Shown here: in pieces, positions 59,299 through 64,000 of the stretch
How the letters are laid out: every line of letters begins with the position of its first letter
How positions within the stretch are numbered: position 1 is the first letter of the stretch
Assembly: GCA_965248925.1 (NCBI GenBank)
Contig: CBDFLE010000006.1
Location: 416,001-480,000, forward strand
Origin: Candidatus Multivoradales bacterium
Lineage (GTDB): Bacteria > Acidobacteriota > Thermoanaerobaculia > Multivoradales > J023
Reading direction: 5' to 3'
DNA length: 64,000 bases
The notes under the pieces: generated by a model
What the model saw: the letters and a program-made list of their open reading frames with translations, nothing else
Told to the model about the DNA's origin: nothing
The model's database searches: none
Made by a program: the position numbers and the translations under genes

Positions 59299-59669
59299 CG
59301 CCAGAGACCGAACAGGCCGAGCACCGTCACCGGAAGAAACAGCGCCCACTGCGGTAGGTGCAGAGGCTTCTGCTGCTTCCACACCACCAGCGCGCCGCTC
59401 CACACCGTGAAGGCAGCGGCCAGAGCGGTCATCAGCACCGCCAACTCGATCGCTTCGGGCCAACGCGCCGCCCAGGCAAAGCTCACCGGCATCGCCACCA
59501 AGACGAGGGTGACGATGTGCCAGCAATAGTAGTTGGTGTACTTCGCCACCGGATGCAGGTAGCGCGCCCGCAGCAGCGGCCGAGCACTAGTCGGCCCACC
59601 GAGGAAAACGTGCAGGCCGCAAACCACCGCTGAGACCGCAGCGGCACCATATAGAAACTGACTAGCCAT
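59295..59669 (-). CDS. Small multi-pass membrane protein
   Basis: Four hydrophobic segments; HVFLGG, CWH.VT, LPQW. Confidence 0.75.
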   Translation of the reverse strand: MASQFLYGAAAVSAVVCGLHVFLGGPTSARPLLRARYLHPVAKYTNYYCWHIVTLVLVAMPVSFAWAARWPEAIELAVLMTALAAAFTVWSGALVVWKQQKPLHLPQWALFLPVTVLGLFGLWR

Positions 59670-59694
59670 CACTCTTGCTCCTCTGAGTCGTTCG

Positions 59695-59716
59695 AAACAT
59701 ACCACATGGTATGTTT
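59695..59716. promoter_or_regulatory. Perfect palindrome, likely TetR operator
   Basis: AAACATACCA-CA-TGGTATGTTT upstream of the membrane protein/TetR pair. Confidence 0.75.
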
Positions 59717-59789
59717 GTGAAGACTGCTAGTCGCCCCGCTATGGGCCGCGCCTACGAGCGGGAGATGCCGCAGCGGAAGTCCTTCGGGG

Positions 59790-60240
59790 TCACTCTCCCC
59801 TGAGGCGCAGGGTCACAGTCGTCCTCTCCCCTTCTATAAACGTCACTTCCACCGGATCGATATCACCGGCGGAACTCCGCCCCTTGACTCGATAGCGCCC
59901 TGGCGCCGCCAGCCGCGGTACCCCCGGTCGTAGAATCCCGCCGCTGTAGATCTGCCCGTCAAGGGGCTGGATGAAAGCGCGGTCAGGCTCTCTCGAATAG
60001 TTCACCGAGGGTGCGTAGTTGACCACGAGCCAGCCCATCGCCGCCGCCTCGAAGGTCACCCTCACGGTCTTGCCGCTAACGATCTCGATCTCCCGCGGCT
60101 CGAAGGTGCTGGCGGCGGCTTGACCGACAACCTGGTAACGGCCCGGCACCAGCATTTTGGGTGCCCTAAGATCGCCATGAATGCTGTCCTTGCGATCTAG
60201 CGCGGTAGCATTGTACCGATCAGGCATTCGCCGATGGTCG
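59790..60240 (-). pseudogene. C-terminal fragment of a beta-sandwich repeat protein
   Basis: Two PGRY.V...V.I..G.T..V.L/F units; no clear start. Confidence 0.4.
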
Positions 60241-60368
60241 GGAACTTCGCAATCGTCAGCTTCAGGTAAGGCAGGCACGCTCTCCGGTGATTGAGTTGAA
60301 CTTATCGACTAGCGACCGCCGATACCGCTTCGCGTACACCTTCTGCCGAGCAGCAGCCTACTTGGCGC

Positions 60369-61145
60369 TCAGCGCACCCATCTGCGGACCCAGAAGGTCA
60401 GCTGATCGAGGGCGGTCACGACGCCGACAATGGCCAGTAGCAGCACTGCTACTTTCTCGTATTGAAAGCCGCGCACGTAGAGCTGAATATAGTAGCCGAT
60501 CCCGCCGGCACCGACCAGGCCGAGCACCGCGGCGTCACGGAAATTGAGTTCCATGCGGTAGACCGAGAAGGCGACCAGCTGGGGTATCGACTGCGGCAGC
60601 AAGCCAAAGCGCAGGGTCTGCGCCCAACCCGCGCCGGTGCCGCCCACCGCCGCCAAGATCCCCTCGTCCGCGGTCTCGAACTCCTCGGCGAAGAACTTCC
60701 CCAGCATGCCGATCGAGTGAAAGGCGATCGCCAACGTGCCGGGGAAGGGACCCAGGCCGACGGCCGACACAAAGAGGATCGCCACCACGATCAAGGGCAC
60801 CGAGCGGATGGCGCCAAAGAACAGCTTCACCGGCTGGTGAATCCACGGCGAGGTGATGTTGCTCGCCGCCAGAAAACCCAGTGGCAGTGCGATCACGATG
60901 CCGACAGCGGTACCGGCCAGAGCGATCATCAGAGTCTCGAGGGTCGACCGCCAAACCACTCCGGCGACGCTCCAATCGGGAGGCACTAGACGGCCGAAGA
61001 ATTCAGCGAACCTCGGACCTGAGCGCAACAGGGCACCCAGATCAACTTCCGACTGGACCAGCGCCCAGACGACCAGAGCACTACCGACCAACCAGCCGAA
61101 GTTTTGCAGCAGCACTCGCCGAATCCAGCGGCGGCGCAGAGTCAT
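60369..61145 (-). CDS. phnE: Phosphonate/phosphate ABC transporter permease
   Basis: PPDW, ETL.IA, GLGPF.G.LA, GK.FAE, E.NFR.A..LGLVGAGGIG. Confidence 0.92.
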   Translation of the reverse strand: MTLRRRWIRRVLLQNFGWLVGSALVVWALVQSEVDLGALLRSGPRFAEFFGRLVPPDWSVAGVVWRSTLETLMIALAGTAVGIVIALPLGFLAASNITSPWIHQPVKLFFGAIRSVPLIVVAILFVSAVGLGPFPGTLAIAFHSIGMLGKFFAEEFETADEGILAAVGGTGAGWAQTLRFGLLPQSIPQLVAFSVYRMELNFRDAAVLGLVGAGGIGYYIQLYVRGFQYEKVAVLLLAIVGVVTALDQLTFWVRRWVR

Positions 61146-61926
61146 CGCTCTTCTCCTCTTCTTCCAATGCAGGTTCTTCCGCCGCTGGCCGACCGCGGTA
61201 GACCAGTTCGGCATCAGCAGCGGTGAAATCTTGCGGCTGGCCGTCAAAAACGATCTTGCCGTTGGCCAGGCCGACGAAACGGCTGGCGAAACGCCGCGCC
61301 AGCTCCGGCTGGTGCAGGTTGACCAGCAAAGTCACGCCGCGCCGCGCAACACAATCGACGAACAGTTCCAAGGCGTCCTCAGCCAATTCGGGGTCGAGGT
61401 TCGATACCGGCTCATCGGCGAGCACGATATCCGCCTCCTGCATCAGGGTGCGAGCAATCGTGGTCCGCTGGCGCTGCCCTCCAGACAGCGATTCAACCCG
61501 CCGTTCGCCAAGACCGTCGAGGCCCACTTCGGCCAAGATCGCCTCGGCCCGTTGCCACTCGGCAGCCGGAAAGATCCCCGCCAGACTGGCCAGCCGACCG
61601 ACCCGGCCGAGGCAGCCGGTGAGGACGTTGCCGATCACTGACAAACGCGGCACCAGGTGGAACTCCTGGTCGATCATCGCCACTTGCCGTTCCCGGCTCC
61701 GGCGCTGGGCGCTGCCACAGGGATCCTGGCCCAACACTTCGACCTTGCCGGTCGACGGCCGCAGCCGCCCTTTGATCAACCGCGACAAAGTGGTCTTGCC
61801 GGAGCCGCTGTGGCCGAGCACAAAGACCCGCTCGCCAGCTTGGATTTCCAGCGACTCGATATCGAGAGCGCAGGTCGAGCCATAGAGTACATGGACCTCG
61901 CGCAGGCGAATGACCGTCTTGCTCAC
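61081..61926 (-). CDS. phnC: Phosphonate ABC transporter ATPase
   Basis: GHSGSGKTT, LV.RLSV..NVL.G, LSGGQRQR, LADEPVSNLDP, NLHQ. Confidence 0.92.
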   Translation of the reverse strand: MSKTVIRLREVHVLYGSTCALDIESLEIQAGERVFVLGHSGSGKTTLSRLIKGRLRPSTGKVEVLGQDPCGSAQRRSRERQVAMIDQEFHLVPRLSVIGNVLTGCLGRVGRLASLAGIFPAAEWQRAEAILAEVGLDGLGERRVESLSGGQRQRTTIARTLMQEADIVLADEPVSNLDPELAEDALELFVDCVARRGVTLLVNLHQPELARRFASRFVGLANGKIVFDGQPQDFTAADAELVYRGRPAAEEPALEEEEKSDDSAPPLDSASAAAKLRLVGR

Positions 61927-62819
61927 GGCTGGCCTCTTGGCGGTCGTAGGAAGCCGCTGGCCAGTGCCAACTTCTCCACTTCGGCGAAAGTGTCATGATC
62001 GACTTCGACATAGCCATCCACCCCGTAGAGGTTGTTCAGCAGGGACTTGTCGGGTCCTCCAGCGAGGGCTAGTAGGGCCTGTTTCATCTTGTCGATCAAC
62101 TCCCGCTCGAGCCCGTCGCGAACGACAATGCAATGCGAGGGGATGCGAGGGGAATCTCCAATCTTGAGGATCTGGTCACGCTCCTCGGGCCGCAGCAGGT
62201 CGAAGGCAAATTCACCGATGCCGGCAGCGTCTACAAAACCATTCAGCACCGCCCGCAAGGCTTGTTCGTCGCCACCGGCGAAGTAAACATTGTCGAAGAA
62301 CGACTCGGCCTCGTCACGATGCTTGATCAGCCCCTCCTCGATGAAGATCTGCAACGGGTAGAGATAGCCCGAGGAGGAGATCGGATCGACAAAGGCAATG
62401 GTCTTCTGCTCTAGATCTGCCGGGTTCTTGAAGCCCGAATCGCGGCGTACGAAGAGGTTGCTCTGATACCAAGGCCGGCCGCCATAGACCTCACCCAAAA
62501 CCACCTCGGCAGCGGCTTCGCGGTGGGCGATGACGTACTGCAACGGACCCATGAAGCCCATGTCGGCGGAGCCATTCTTGAACGCTTCGACCACCCCGGC
62601 GTAATCGGTGGCGACAAAAGCCCGCACCGAGCGACCGAGCTTGCCTTCCAAGAAAGAAACCACTGGCTCGACATCCTCGATCAACTGATTCGGGTTCTCG
62701 TAGGCGATGAAGACCACCCGGAAAGGCTCCTCTTTCGCCTGAGCCGGCGCTGCCCCCGGTAGCAGTGCAAACACAGCGAAAACGGCCAGGGCTGCTAAAG
62801 CACGGTCCCAGCGACTCAT
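61923..62819 (-). CDS. phnD: Phosphate/phosphite/phosphonate ABC substrate-binding protein
   Basis: Signal peptide; ATDYAGVVEA, AFVDP.SSSGYLYP. Confidence 0.88.
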   Translation of the reverse strand: MSRWDRALAALAVFAVFALLPGAAPAQAKEEPFRVVFIAYENPNQLIEDVEPVVSFLEGKLGRSVRAFVATDYAGVVEAFKNGSADMGFMGPLQYVIAHREAAAEVVLGEVYGGRPWYQSNLFVRRDSGFKNPADLEQKTIAFVDPISSSGYLYPLQIFIEEGLIKHRDEAESFFDNVYFAGGDEQALRAVLNGFVDAAGIGEFAFDLLRPEERDQILKIGDSPRIPSHCIVVRDGLERELIDKMKQALLALAGGPDKSLLNNLYGVDGYVEVDHDTFAEVEKLALASGFLRPPRGQP

Positions 62820-64000
62820 TTCAACACCTCCCGATGCTCGGTGTAGAGGGACTTGTAAGCGGCCAAATGAGCCTCGGCCTGCGGCATCTTGCCGGCGACA
62901 AACGCCGTGCCGGCCTGATCGATGAAGCCGGCCAGGCGATCGAGCACCCCGAGTTGGCTACGATCTTGGACATCCCACTTGTGGGCGCGGATCTCGTCCG
63001 CCACCGTCCGCATGGTAATGGCGACCAGCCGCTCTTCGCCACGATCAACCAGAAAATCCCAGGTCGAGAGGAAGAAGGAAAACTCCTCGAGTTCGGCCTC
63101 CAAGGTGTAGATGGTGTCCTCATAGGCATCGACGCCGCTGCCCACCAACTCGAGATAGGCGGTCAGGTCGTCGACCTCAAAAGCCGCCAGAGCGAGGTCA
63201 AAGCGATCGTCGAACCACTCGACCACGGCGCGCAAGGTCGCCAGCGAGCCATCGTGGAAGTAAGGCGCGGTGGTCGTCGAGGAGAGCAGGGTTGGGGTGT
63301 CGAGAGCACCGTCCCGCGAACCTTCGGCGGCTCCCGCCACCGAACCGATATCGTGCCGCTGACGGTCGAGAAAATGATCGGAAGCCACATGGCAGGTGGC
63401 GCAGGAGCGATTCCCCATGCCGGCAAAGGAACGGCGGAAAAGCTGCTCCCCGCGCCGCGCCGCGGCTGATGTGCCGGCGATCAGCGAACCATCGTCCGCC
63501 AGCTCCGGGTTGGGCAAGAAGTCGAATTGCAGCATGTAGGCGATCAGGCCGTCGAGCATCACCGGCTCTGGCTCGGCGCCGTTGAATTCGTTGACGATCA
63601 CGTTGCGGGTGAACTCCCGCAAGCTGGCGAAGCGTCCGTCGCGGCCATAGGGGGCGGTGAAACGAATGCCCCTAAGATCGGGCACATCCAGTGGATCGAA
63701 AACCCCGTCGTTAGCGTGGGGAGCGAAAAAGGCGTTGTCGACATCGATGCCTCCGGAGCGACTCGATAGACCGGGGATAAACAGCTGTGGATTGGTGATC
63801 GACTTGTTGTGGCAGGTATTGCACGAGATCGCCAGCGAGCGGGCCGGATCGCCGAAGATCTGCGGGCTGTCGAAAGCCATGTCGCCGAGGGCGATCAAAT
63901 TCGTCGCGCTCTCATCGACCCCCCGCAGCACCATGTTCAGAACCTGCCGCGGTCGCGGTAGCTGCTTGTTGAGCTGGGTTCCCGGCGGCAGATATGGCAC
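62816..64000 (-). CDS. Di-heme cytochrome c peroxidase/MauG-family protein (5' partial)
   Basis: CNTCH and CATCH heme motifs; TAPYGRDG and TPTL...TAPYFHDGS. Confidence 0.85.
   Translation of the reverse strand: MPYLPPGTQLNKQLPRPRQVLNMVLRGVDESATNLIALGDMAFDSPQIFGDPARSLAISCNTCHNKSITNPQLFIPGLSSRSGGIDVDNAFFAPHANDGVFDPLDVPDLRGIRFTAPYGRDGRFASLREFTRNVIVNEFNGAEPEPVMLDGLIAYMLQFDFLPNPELADDGSLIAGTSAAARRGEQLFRRSFAGMGNRSCATCHVASDHFLDRQRHDIGSVAGAAEGSRDGALDTPTLLSSTTTAPYFHDGSLATLRAVVEWFDDRFDLALAAFEVDDLTAYLELVGSGVDAYEDTIYTLEAELEEFSFFLSTWDFLVDRGEERLVAITMRTVADEIRAHKWDVQDRSQLGVLDRLAGFIDQAGTAFVAGKMPQAEAHLAAYKSLYTEHREVLK

Noticed and set aside
1-64000. tRNA, rRNA, riboswitch or prophage genes
   Set aside because: None recognised by eye; tRNAscan-SE and Infernal/Rfam scans would be needed to exclude them formally

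Overview
GC-rich bacterial DNA. The gene style (ECF sigma/zf-HC2 anti-sigma/CHAT-TPR module, many signal-peptide proteins and lipoproteins) suggests Acidobacteriota/Thermoanaerobaculia, but that is inference only. Left to right: the 3' end of an RHS polymorphic toxin with lipoprotein immunity candidates; a ~1.5 kb cassette bounded by Tn3-like inverted repeats; a decayed IS21; a tandem pair of secreted proteins with variable His/Cys-rich tips; several secreted enzymes; a membrane-anchored C-terminal OmpR-type wHTH regulator with a candidate 11-bp-period binding site; an ECF trio; metabolic genes; an FNR/Fur-box-flanked redox/metal region (MBL-rhodanese, porin, Crp/Fnr, FMN-binding protein, PepSY protein, globin, TonB receptor with a CxxC/RGPP leader); vapBC; and phnDCE downstream of a di-heme peroxidase. 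The standout is a ~13.5 kb co-directional, mostly translationally coupled operon (45.1-58.8 kb). It encodes an ECF sigma, an anti-sigma, three different clan-CD cysteine proteases (CHAT, gingipain/C25-like, and a membrane-anchored caspase/C14), a small peptide, about 11-12 copies of one uncharacterised beta-rich repeat domain spread over four exported proteins, and a VWA-like protein. Many genes in the window are deletion remnants. No rRNA, tRNA or CRISPR array was seen. All calls come from motif recognition by eye; no database searches were run.
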